Of a DNA stretch of 64,000 bases, positions 1 through 11,800 are shown one piece after another. Made by a program: the position numbers and the translations under genes. The notes below the pieces were generated by a model that worked only from the letters and a program-made list of their open reading frames with translations, did not search any database and was not told where the DNA came from. Position 1 is the first letter of the stretch. Every line of letters starts with the position of its first letter. The DNA comes from Antedon mediterranea (taxonomy: Eukaryota; Animalia; Echinodermata), in contig NC_092679.1 of NCBI RefSeq assembly GCF_964355755.1, forward strand, positions 4,804,201 through 4,868,200, written 5' to 3'.

Positions 1-144
1 TAAAATGACAGAATTTCATGCTAAGCTCCGCCCACTTTTTAAAGCTCATGCATTAATTATTCATGAGCACCATCCTCGTGGCTTCCCGTCCTGTTTTGTA
101 AAGTCCCTATTAATGGCTGTGGTGGGCCTTTCAATATCTCTTAC

Positions 145-3100
145 GTCCACTGGATGGTCCCAGTTGGTCCAACAATACTCTAATAACTTCTGCCGAGTGT
201 CTTTGTACTCTGTGTAGCCTCCGTCTGTAAGTAAACTGCCCTGTTTAGTTTCCATTGAAGTCAATGCACACGTTGTCCATAATGCAAGCGCTCTGGCTAC
301 TGATAGCGCTGAGAAGGACTCTATCAACCTGTACAGGATAGATTTTTAATAATCATTAACAGGAGAATAAATTTCCACCTGCCTGTTAGTGGCAATGACT
401 TGCTGTTAGTGTGGAGAATTTTAAATTAACGAAATAAATTTGATTGACGATGAATTGCTTTCCATGATGTGTTATAACAATGAGTAACATTTGTCACACA
501 ATCTATACATCTATACTCTTCAAAGCGAGTCATTTTACTATAATTTTAAGCTCATTTTTAATCGTCACTTCAGGTCCAATTTTTTCATTTGATAGGGGAT
601 TTAAATTGTGATTGTTCATCTTGGCTTTTTTATCTAACTACTGCCATATTTATGCATCATTTACCTTAGCTAGCCTCCATTATTCATTTTCTATGAACTT
701 TGAACTGTGTAATACAGAAAATATTCATAACAGGAAACCGCATGAAAAAAGACCATTAGAAAGGCCAATAAAATTAGACTTAGTGTCTCTGTCTACACTA
801 TCACACTTTATGTGATGTGCCCATATTTGTATGCGATGATGTCACTACCATATTTGGGCACACCACACCCTTTTTGTCAAGTTTGATATTTGGGCACACT
901 ATACTTTTTTGTGAAACTAGTTTGATAGTGTAGACAGGGCTTTACAGTCTACCAGGCATTCACTTACAGACTAACAAGATTCCAAATTTGCTTAAACATC
1001 ATATCTAGAAGTGAAGCACCAACATAACTGTTGACTTCATCGTCTGTGTGATGTCTGACCAACTCTTCATTTGGTACCGTCGCCAAAACACCCTGGCAAA
1101 AAAACAACTTTGATAGTGGTGATAGAGTATCATAGTCAAGTAGTTTAGACTTCATCAAACTGGAAACTTCCTTTGGTAGTTGTTGGTCAGCAAAGAGCTG
1201 AGTGATTTGAATTATAGTCATACCTGCAGCATTTTGACAATCTGCAGAAAAAATATCTGCAAGAGAAATTGGGGGAAAAATGACAAAAAATGTTCACCCA
1301 AAAACATTAAACTTTGAGGAGTTGGGTAGTCAAGTGGTTAGGAAACTTGACTGTCATACAGAGAGACCTTGGTTCAATTTCCGACAACTCCCAGTCTACT
1401 CAGCTGTAAATGAGTACCTAGTTGAAAATACTAGAGAGTATAAGGGGGTGTGGAAAAGAACTGGTCAACCTGCCACATAACGCCGAGCTCCTAACAGCTC
1501 ATTACCCTACTGTATGTTCAGAATTGAATACGGGATCTTTACCTTTACTACATTACTGTAAGTTATGTAAAATTTTTAATTACAAATTATGTCTTTTTTA
1601 CATTTTACACTTTATAATGATTGTCTTTAGTTTAAACTTTCTTAATTTTAGAGCTTGTTATTAAGTATTACTAGTAGGTTGGACTAACAGTTACATGCAG
1701 ATTTTAAACTTTCTTAATTTTAGAGCTCCTTATTAAGTATTACTAGTAGGTTGGACTAACAGTTACATGCAGATTTTAAACTTTCTTAATTTTAGAGCTC
1801 CTTTTAAGTATTACTAGTAGGTTGGACTAACAGTTACATGCAGATTTTAAACTTTCTTAATTTTAGAGCTCCTTATTAAGTATTACTAGTAGGTTGGACT
1901 AACAGTTTCAGTTACATGCAGATTTTAAACTTTCTTAATTTTAGAGCTCCTTATTAAGTATTACTAGTAGGTTAGACACCCGGTTAGACTAACAGTTTCA
2001 TGCAGATTTTAAACTTTCTTAATTTTAGAGCTCCTTATTAAGTATTACTAGTAGGTTGGACTAACAGTTACATGCAGATTTTAAACTTTCTTAATTTTAG
2101 AGCTCCTTATTAAGTATTACTAGTAGGTTGGACTAACAGTTACATGCAGATTTCAAATTTGCAAACAAAATTTTGTATTGAACTGGCAAAAGCTTGAAAT
2201 TGAAAGATTTAATAAGTGGTATAACGGCTATGAGTGTTCACTGACTAAACCGAGGGGCCCTGGAGCTTATGAGCAGTGCCTAGAGAAAAAAACAGGCGTT
2301 AAAATATGTTGAAAAACGTTAAAAACGCACGAGGCCTCCAGGCGTTAAAGGGCCACTTGGGTTCCTAAACCAAGGGCCTCAGGCCTCTGCGTTACACCAC
2401 TTGATTCAATTCATCAGAGCTTTGAATGCAGCAAAAAATGTCAGGCTCCGCTACTAATCAATTATCTTAATTAACAACTAAATAATTACCCTCTTTCAAT
2501 ATAAGACATGCATTACTGTGAATGTTTTCAAGATGACCTCTTAATTTGTCGCTATTAACCTTTGACATCTCTTGACGTAATGCAGAGGAACATTTGTGTA
2601 CCAAAACTCTTGATGTTTTCATTGTTGCTAGGCAATGATGCATGCTCTCACTCTGGCTAATGGAAGTCACTTCAGTATCATTCCTATTTATAATATTCAT
2701 TCATTATTTTACATATTTGGAAAAAAAAATCCTTCAGTTTCCTGTATATTGTAAAGAGATGTTATTAAAACATGCCATAAAATACTCATTACAACCTACA
2801 ATAACAGCCTAACTTCATTATTAAAACTGGTCAATTATAGGCCTCTACTGTTATTAAAATACATCATTACAACCTACCATAGCAACCCAACTTCATTATT
2901 AAAACTGGTCAATTATAGGCCACTACTGTCATTAAAATACATCAATAAAATCCACCAGAGCAAACTTCTATTTTTAAAGACATTATTAAAACTGGTAATA
3001 GGCCACTACTGTTATTAAAATACTATTATAACTGTTATAGCAAACTATCTTAACAATTTCATTGAAAAAAAATACCTTATTCTTGTTAAGTAGAAATGAA

Positions 3101-6100
3101 GAGCATCTTGGACAAGCGTAAATACTGAAAAAAACAAAACCACAAACATAAAAACCATGTTCAGATAATATTAATTAAATATACTGTAAATCTTCTAATT
3201 GTAACCCTGGGTTATTATTCTTTGATTGTTTTTTAGGGTGGGTTACTATTAAAAGGGGGTTACTATTAGAGTAGTGGGTTACTATTACTAATCATAAATT
3301 AGGCACCTGGAAATAATAACCCACTCCCAACTTTTCTGGTCAGCAACTCATAGCAAAACAGTACGAATAAACACATTTGGTTGAACTCTAACTTTATTTT
3401 ATAAACTCAAAAACACTCAATCCTCCTCCATTCTCGAAATCAACATGCATTATCTCCTTATTTTCAAAATATGGCTGCATCATAATAGTGACCCCCATGG
3501 GTTAATATTAGAGTGTGGGTTAATATTAGAGTGTGGGTTACTATTAGAGTGTGGGTTACTATTAGAGTAGTGGGTTACTATTAGAGTGTGGGTTACTATT
3601 AGAGTAGTTGGTTACTATTATAGATTGACTTATAAGGTGAGTTACTATTAGAAGGGGAGTTACTATTAGAGTGTGGGTTACTATTAGAGTGTGGGTTACT
3701 ATTAGAGTAGTGGGTTACTATTATAGATTGACTTATAAGGTGAGTTACTATTAGAAGGGGAGTTACTATTAGAGTGTGGGTTACTATTAGAGCGTGGGTT
3801 ACTATTAGAGTAGTGGGTTACTATTAGAGTGTGGGTTACTATTAGAGTAGTGGGTTACTATTATAGATTGACTTATAAGGTGGGTTACTATTAGAGTGTG
3901 GGTTACTATTAGAGTGTGGGTTACTATTAGAGTGTGGGTTACTATTATAGATTGACTTATAAGGTGGGTAACTATTAGAAGGGAGTTTAGAGTGTGGGTT
4001 ACTATTATAGATTGACTTATAAGGTGGGTTACTATTAGAGTGTGGGTTACTATTAGAGTGTGGGTTACTATTAGAGTGTGGGTTACTATTAGAGTGTGGG
4101 TTACTATTAGAGTGTGGGTTACTATTAGAGTGTGGGTTACTATTAGAGTGTGGGTTACTATTAGAGTGTGGGTTACTATTAGAGTGTGGGTTACTATTAG
4201 AGTGTGGGTTACTTACTATTAGAGTGTGGGTTACTATTAGAGTGTGGGTTACTATTAGAGTGTGGGTTACTATTAGAGTGTGGGTTACTATTAGAGTGTG
4301 GGTTACTATTAGAGTGTGGGTTACTATTAGAGTGTGGGTTACTATTAGAAGATTTACGGTATGGTATATTCACTGTACACTGTATGTACAAATTCTCTAT
4401 GTGTTACCTGTTACGAATTGCATGTACAGTTCATACCACAAACAGTAGTGGTCAGATAGGTTAGTGAAAATTTTTATGTCGCCCAATGAACAGACACGAT
4501 ATCGATCAGTTATAACAAAATTTTACACCACATTTTAAACTGTGACAAAATTTGCATTTTTAATGATAGGCAAAGTTGATTTATTTACTTAAACAACCAT
4601 GAACCTGAATATACAGTAGCCTTTTATAAAACAAAATACAACTATAACAATATTTAAAACAACATTTAAAACAAGATAAAATATATGACCTACAGAGAAT
4701 ATTAATATTATATACAAAAATGAATTGAAATAAAATAAATATTACCAGGAAGAATAGCTGATTTCATAGCAGCTTCTCCATGGCTAAAGTTTTCCATCAA
4801 TGATTGTATTGTATCCACCCTGAGTCTGAGTGATGATTGGTCACATTTGTCACAGCAATCAATGTGATTGGTCAGAGAAGTTTGTAATGCACTTATAATG
4901 GATCCACACATTGTATCTGGTAGGCTTTGAAGAACACTGTAAAAACATAGGAAACTATATATAAACCAATTACATAATTGAGATTGACTACAATCTAAAT
5001 TACAAAAAGGTAAGAGGGATCCATTGTGTGATTAGAACTCAATAATGGAACAATTAATAAATTGTATAACTTGATAACAGAATACACATTCACTCACCTG
5101 ATAATGGTCCTACGCAGTATAGTACGTGCTGCTGTGTTCACATAGATATCACTGAGAATGCCTATTAACTTCTCCAAATGAGGTTTCTCAAATCCAGGAC
5201 ACACCAACTTTCTTAAACCAGACCCAAACTATTAAAGATAGAAAAAAAATTCACCAACTTTATTAGGAATTCATGAAACGATTCATTATTTAGTCTTGGG
5301 AACTTACCTGAATGAAATCAAATGCCCAACAAGGCTAGTCCTCAATAAAGAGAAACACCCCTCTAAAGATAATAGAATTGACCAAAGCCAAACAGTGATT
5401 CACCTACTTCATTAGGAATTCATAAACAACATTCACTCCCCACCTTACAAATGACATCATGTGTAATACTCATGTTTTTCTTACCTTTTTGAGGATAGAA
5501 ACTTGTTTTAAATCATTTTCTTCCAGTAAAAATGCCTTAAAAAGGTCCAAGTTGATAGAAGAATGTTCACTTTCATTGATCTCTAAAATCATTTTTAAAG
5601 TAAAATTAAAAAAACCAATAATAAATGAGCACTTTTGCTTGACTTGAAGCTATCATAATTAGTAGGCCAATTAATATTATAGGCATAAGATAAGTACCGG
5701 TATTAATTTATTGGAATCTTTATTTCACAGCAGATTAGTTATTAGAGTAGAAAAGACACTGACTAATTGTCGCTTAGGCTAAATATAAAATAACAAGTCG
5801 CCACTGCTGTCAACATACCATCCATGTTGTTGGGCCAGTATATATATTTACATGATTTAGCGGATCAGTCTAATTACCAAAGATAATCGAAAACAAAACA
5901 AAATCTAAATACAGTACCAAAAACAAATTTGTATTATATTTTTTTAATGTCGCCCTCTATTGATGGGTTTCTAAAGCTAAGACCATGCAGAGAGAAGACC
6001 GCGCACGCAAAAGCCAAGGACCCTACGAAATGGTTGGTAGTGTGCACAAAATACAACCCAAAATTGTACAAATTCAATGATATACACCGCACATTTACTT

Positions 6101-7106
6101 ACAAAAAACACCTTTTGTTTTTAGTCTTTTAATTTTCAAAAACAAAGCATGATGATTTTACCTATAATAATAATATTGCTAAAGCACACGTTTTGAAGTG
6201 ATTAACTCGACTACGGTAATTTGACTGAATAGATTTTATTGTGAATCGTTATCGTGAGCTTGTTTTAAGTATGTACTTTATAGTCCCTAATATTATTGAT
6301 ATTCTTGATTATCTTTTGAAAATCTATAAATAATTATCATGATTAACGTATTCACAATTAATATGTGAGGAGTACATGTGTTGGTTTCTGGATCAAAAAT
6401 CGAAAGACTAAAATCAAAATATGTTTACAGATTCCGTAAGTAAATGTACGGTGATATCTTTGAGGTTGTACGCTTTTTAGTTTAATTTTGTGAACACTTG
6501 TCCACTACCATTTCATAGGGTTTTTCTTGGCTTTTGCGCGTTCGGTTTTCTCTCTGTTATGGTCTTAGTTTTAAGAAACAACCATCAGTAGAGGGCAACA
6601 TAAAAAAGATTATACAAGTTTGTTTTCTGTATTTAAATTTTGTTTATGGTTGTTTTCGGTAATTAGCCTGACCGGATTTAGCCACAGTTAAAGTACATAC
6701 TGTACTAACACTAACACTAACAGTGAATAAATTAGTACACTGTACTGCTTGCCTCTCTAGGTAGTTAAATTAAACATTAAGACATCTACTCATAGTCATA
6801 AGGAAGTCTATTCTATACCTATACACTACTGCTTACTCACTGCCTACTAGACTCATATGAGATGAGGCCTGCCTAGCTAGCTAGCCTACAGTAGGCCCTA
6901 GCTAGGTTAGTTAGTTAGTTAGTTAGGCTAGCCAGTCAACAGGGAGAGGGCCTCCCCCATGATGCTTCCTTAACTCTATCTAATCTAGCTAGTACTAGAA
7001 GGCCTAAGCCTAGCTAGGTCTTTACTAGTTAGTATAGATCTATACATTGTTGTTTACGTAACGGTGTACCTTTAAGGTCAGTAATTATTCCACAGTATCG
7101 TTCCAT
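145..7106 (-). CDS. THADA: THADA (thyroid adenoma-associated / Trm732 homologue), 5' exons; gene continues off the left edge
   Basis: Phase-compatible AG/GT exons: 7106-7070 (tentative first exon MERYCGIITDLK), 5582-5485, 5228-5098, 4936-4746, 3124-3076, 2683-2490, 1256-968, 328-145. Translation has LMENFSHG, LFFCQGVLA, ARALALWT and KLLEYCWTNWDHPVD, in the same order as remembered THADA motifs (LFLCQGTLA, SRILASWT, RLLEYVYTHWEHPLD). First exon is the least certain. Confidence 0.85.
784..941. mobile_element. Small MITE, PIF/Harbinger-like
   Basis: Terminal inverted repeats CTGTCTACACTATCA / TGATAGTGTAGACAG with TTA-like flanks, inside a THADA intron. Confidence 0.6.
1314..1545 (+). mobile_element. 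Degenerate tRNA-derived SINE
   Basis: A-box-like TAGTCAAGTGG and B-box-like GGTTCAATTTCC followed by CAGCTGTAAATGAGTACC, a core typical of metazoan SINEs. Confidence 0.5.
1630..2152. repeat. 72-bp minisatellite, about 7 copies
   Basis: Unit TTTTAAACTTTCTTAATTTTAGAGCTCCTTATTAAGTATTACTAGTAGGTTGGACTAACAGTTACATGCAGA repeated nearly perfectly. Confidence 0.95.
3184..4359. mobile_element. Non-autonomous Tc1/mariner-type DNA transposon filled with an 18-bp minisatellite
   Basis: TIRs CTGTAAATCTTCTAATTGTAACCC / GGGTTACTATTAGAAGATTTACGG flanked by TA; internal array of GTGGGTTACTATTAGAGT at ~3500-4350. Confidence 0.8.
5860..6680. mobile_element. Old foldback/MITE-like element with long imperfect inverted arms
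   Basis: ~5860-6102 is the diverged reverse complement of ~6436-6680 (e.g. ATGTCGCCCTCTA / TAGAGGGCAACAT; ACATTTACTTAC / GTAAGTAAATGT). Confidence 0.65.
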
Positions 7107-7170
7107 TATTTAGATTTTAGAATAAAAACATGTGTTTAATAAAAGATGTCAACAAAACAGTTATAACATT

Positions 7171-7180
7171 GAGGGCGGGC
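7171..7180. promoter_or_regulatory. GC-box-like element upstream of the putative THADA start
   Basis: GAGGGCGGGC in AT-rich DNA ~65 bp from the tentative ATG at 7106. Confidence 0.3.
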
Positions 7181-8139
7181 TTGCTGTCAAGTTAGAGAAA
7201 TCGTTTTTTATGTGAAATAATTTAAAAAAATTATTTTAAAAAGAATTTTACATTTATTTTTCATTATTTTTATTTTATATTTGATAGGAATATGTGATAT
7301 TTTATATTTCATTACAAATTATACAATAACAATTCAAAACTGTCCTTTTAAAAAATCAATTAAAAATTACAAACAATCAATTTATTTTGTCTTATTTCAG
7401 AAAACTATAATTTATTTATTATATTTAATTTATTTTGTGGACATCCGATTATATCATTAAAAAATCATTACAATGAAGAGGCAAACACATAAATTCTTTG
7501 ACTGTAATGAATATTATCGTAATAATAATATCATTCATTTATATTTTATAAAGAAAGAAATTAACCTTTATTCACAGTCACAGTCTGTTTTTTGTTTGTT
7601 TTTTTTGGTGACTAAACTACAATCTTGACTAGGAATGTTCATCATTTTGTAAACAATGGCATTTTGTAAAAGATTGAATTTATTCTTAATAGTTCTTTTT
7701 TAAAAACTATGTAATAAGGCCTGCATTACAAAATATCAGTGCGTATACAACAAATCTTCATTAGGCCTAATAAAGTTTATCTTTATCAACAAATAACTCT
7801 GGCCTACTGTAAAATTCGCATACATAAAATTTCTACGGAAAAATACATAACGGTATATAATTATTGGTGTGTGTGTCTCAATGCTGTGTGTGATTTAGGC
7901 TAATTTACAAGCATGTGTATGTAAGTTTAGTGTAAAGGTTATGTAACCAGCTGTTACTAACAATAGTCACCACTAACAATAGAACACGAACGCCAAAAAA
8001 AAAGGGGTTTACTCGTATCAAAAAACCTGTACATCATAAATCAACTTATGTTTTAAAATTACAAATTATATATTAAAACTCTTGCCTCTTTAGAAAAGTG
8101 AAGTTTTGTGGACAAGTCGTTCTCGAGAAAATGCAATTT

Positions 8140-8295
8140 CAGTTTACTTGTTGTCCGATTGCCTCCAAAAATTTAATGGAGTGGTCCTTGGCCCCACATC
8201 TATCTGTAGTAGTTTCAATACATTTTTGAGTAAGTCTGCTAACAAACAGACAGACAGACACACGCGATAGATACATATACCTCCTTGGCGGAGGT
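8140..8295 (-). mobile_element. Helentron-associated (HINE/DINE-1-like) element; further copies ~13040-13203 and ~16640-16803
   Basis: Minus strand begins ACCTCCGCCAAGGAGGT (palindromic) followed by a (GTCT)n tract, the layout of HINE-type elements; duplicated together with the gene A units. Confidence 0.6.
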
Positions 8296-8839
8296 CAACT
8301 AACGCTTGTAAAATGATTGTTTTTCCGCTTACCTCGTTCTTTATCATACTAATGATTGCCTCATTTACAACCTGTGTTATTGGTAGGGCCAATATAGTAC
8401 TATGAGAATTATATTAGTATTATCGAAACATGTCACGGTATTTTAAGGCACATTGCCTATATTCATCAAAGGCCTCACAATTTTGATTGATACAATTAAT
8501 ACTTCCATAAAGTATAATCGTTTTGAGATAAATTGGATTTTTTATTGAGTCTCTATTTTTGGCACTATTTCGAAAACAATAATGGGCCTAATCCTATGTT
8601 AATATAAATGATTATTCGTTAATAACCATTAAGTGAACACGTGCGACTTCTAATTGTTCATAATGGTTGGTATTTTCAAATGTTGCTTCTATTTAAGAAA
8701 AGACTGAATTACAAAACATCAGATATAAGACTAGACGTATACAATTGAAGTGGGTTTTTGGAAATTTAACGTTATTTTGTTGGTTATTTTATCTTTAGAC
8801 AAAATCAGGTGTGCGTATCGCATCTTTTTTGTACGCGTG

Positions 8840-8847
8840 TGACGTCA
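8840..8847 (+). promoter_or_regulatory. Perfect CRE palindrome TGACGTCA 2 nt before the ATG
   Basis: Present before every intact start codon: 8840, 10857, 21014, 35214, 55058. Confidence 0.45.
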
Positions 8848-8849
8848 GA

Positions 8850-11800
8850 ATGTTGAGATTTAGATTTGTTTTCTATTTTGTAGGTCTGTATTATGCCATT
8901 GGTAAGTGAAGTTAAACATTTAAAAACATTTTCTCGTATACACAATTAAATTTCATCAGTCAAAAAGTAAGCACAAATGTACTTTTTTAAAGTTTGACTT
9001 TTTGACCTTTTAAAAGGTGAAGAATGTAGTCCCAGTCAATTTCAGTGTAATTTTGGAAACTGCATACCCAAAGGTTATGTATGTGATACAGACAACGATT
9101 GCAATGACAACAGCGATGAAATGAATTGTTGTAAGTATTACACCACTCTCTTGGTCTTGGATACAGTATATAAACATTTAAAAAAAGTGAAAGTGTTATT
9201 TTTTACTTCAATTTTAGGAATCGCATCATGGTTTACCGCGAACCTGGTGAATATGGGATAAAGATACAGTACTAGTGTCTTGGGGTAACGAGGTATTGAA
9301 ACCACGCTAGGCGGGTAAATTTTGCTGCTAGTAATAACATTATTTCATAATATTTTTGTTACAGCGCAATATGTTTGTAATGATGAACAATTCCGATGTT
9401 TAAGTGGAGAATGCAAAGCGAAGGCCTTCATGTGTGATGGAATTACACAGTGCGATGATGGATCGGATGAACTCATATGCAGCGGTAGGTGTAGTCATTC
9501 TGTCTTTCGATTTTACAAACATCATCTTTTTAAGAAAATAACTTAGATATTATATTGTCCCTCTTTTTTTGTTTGTTGTTGTTTTTGTTGTTGTTGAATA
9601 TGCAATTTTATGTCCCATAATGTGTGTAACGGTTATTCTCAATGCGCGGATAATTCAGATTAGAATAATTGTATTGTCCTCGTGAGTTTACTGTATTTTA
9701 AGTGACATTTAAATTTGTGTCTGTTCTGGGGCTGATGCGGAGAGGGGAGGGGCAGGGCGCGAGGAGAGGGGCGAAAGGCCTACGGTAGTAAAATGTACTA
9801 AGAATTGCCTATGTAAACACGAGGTTGGGGGAACCTGTGTCATCCATAAACTTTCATTTTTTCATTTCATTGATTTATTTCACTTTACAACTATATAGGC
9901 CTAAATATAAAGTGGAGGAGCCTAAAAGAAAGCAAAGCTTGTGGTGAATAGGCTCCTCAAAACAAAAAATTAAAATATAAATAATATATAACACAATTAG
10001 AAACTCCAAAAAACAACAATTTAACTAATATCTTTTCTCTAACAGATAAGTTTAACATGTTTAAAACTAAAAAACAAGTAAAAAATAGATTATTTAAATT
10101 ATTTTTAAAATATCCAAATATGTCATTAATAAAAGAATTTACAAAGAACCTTCAACCAATAATAGTTTAAATTGACGTTTAAATAAAGCACAGTTATGAG
10201 ATTTTTTAAGAGATAAAAGGAGAGAATTCCAGAGTTTAGATCCAGTGTATACAAGGGTGTTCATTTTAAGACTAGTTCGAGTAAGTGGTAGGTGATACTG
10301 ATCTTTTTGTCTTGTTTGGTGATTGTTTTTCCGCTTACCTCGTTCTTTATCATACTAATGATTGCCTCATTTAAATACAACCTGTGTTATTGGTACGTAA
10401 GTACTCTAGGCGTTGATTTCAGTTCTGATGATGAGAATTATTAGTATTCTCAAAACATGTCACGGTATTTTAAGGCACATTGCCTATATTCATCAAAGGC
10501 CTCACAATTTTGATTGATACATTAATAGGCCTACTTCCATAAAGTATATTCTTTTTGAGATAAATTGGTTTTTTTTTTAGTCTCTATTTTTGGCAATATT
10601 TTGAAAACAATAATAATGCTATGTTAATATAAAAATGATTCTTCGTTAATAACAATTAAATGAACACGTGCGACTTTTAATTGTTCATAACGGTTGGTAT
10701 TTTCAAATGCTGCTTGTATTTAAGAAAAGACTGAATTACAAAACATCAGATATAAGACTAGACGTAGACAATTGAAGTGGGTTTTTGGCAATTTAACGTT
10801 ATTTTATCTTTAGACAAAATCAGGTGTGCGTATCGCATCTATTTTGTACGCGTGTGTGACGTCAGAATGTCGAGATTTAGATTTGTTTTCTATTTTGTAG
10901 GTCTGTATTATGCCATTGGTAAGTGAAGTTAAACATTTAAAAACATTTTCTCGTATACACAATTAAATCGCATCAGTCAAAAAGTAAGCACAAAGGTACT
11001 TTTTTAAAGTTTGACTTTTTGACTTTTTAAAAGGTGAAGAATGTAGTCCCAGTCAATTTCAGTGTAATTTTGGAAACTGCATACCCAAAGGTTATGTATG
11101 TGATACATACAACGATTGCAATGACAACAGCGATGAAATGAATTGTTGTAAGTATTACACCACTCTCTTGATTAAGGATACAGTATATAAACATAAAAAA
11201 AAGTGAAAGTGTTATTTTTTACTTCAATTTTAGAAATCGCATCATGGTTTACCGCGAACCTGGTGAATGTGGGGATAAAGATACAGTACTGGTGTCTTGG
11301 GGTCATGTGTGATATATGTGTTATACAACTTTATATTTATAATCCGTATGAATTAAAATGTTTGGATAATATATCAATGCTTTAAATGTGATGACGTCAT
11401 TAAATATAATGACCATTCAGATAGAGAGAATTGTTGTAAAACTTGATATTTTGTAATTGCATTGTAAAATTTAGTAAATATTTGCAAAAGTTTCATTTTT
11501 TAAATACCACGTAACCAAGTATTTGAAGACACTAGCCTCTACAACACAGCAACTACTGACAGCCGCTTGAATGATGTTTCTACCCAACAAACCTCATTAA
11601 ATCCGAAAGACAACCTCTACAGCACTAAACTAGCAGTAACGACAGGATCACATTCAATTGACAGTGAGTATTCGAAACAAAAATGCTACATTATAAATCT
11701 ATACCAATCTATAGGCCTACTATATACATTTATTTTCATGACTAAATATATTGAGTAATTTGTATAGTATTCCAAAATAATTGCTGCATACGAAAAATAT

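Noticed and set aside
1630-2152. Regular repeat resembling a CRISPR array
   Set aside because: Head-to-tail units with no unique spacers, no cas genes, eukaryotic intron context.
4040-4464. Repetitive ORFs (VWVTIR)n, (LLLECG)n, (SNSNPH)n
   Set aside because: Translations of the 18-bp minisatellite; open in several frames only because the unit lacks stops.
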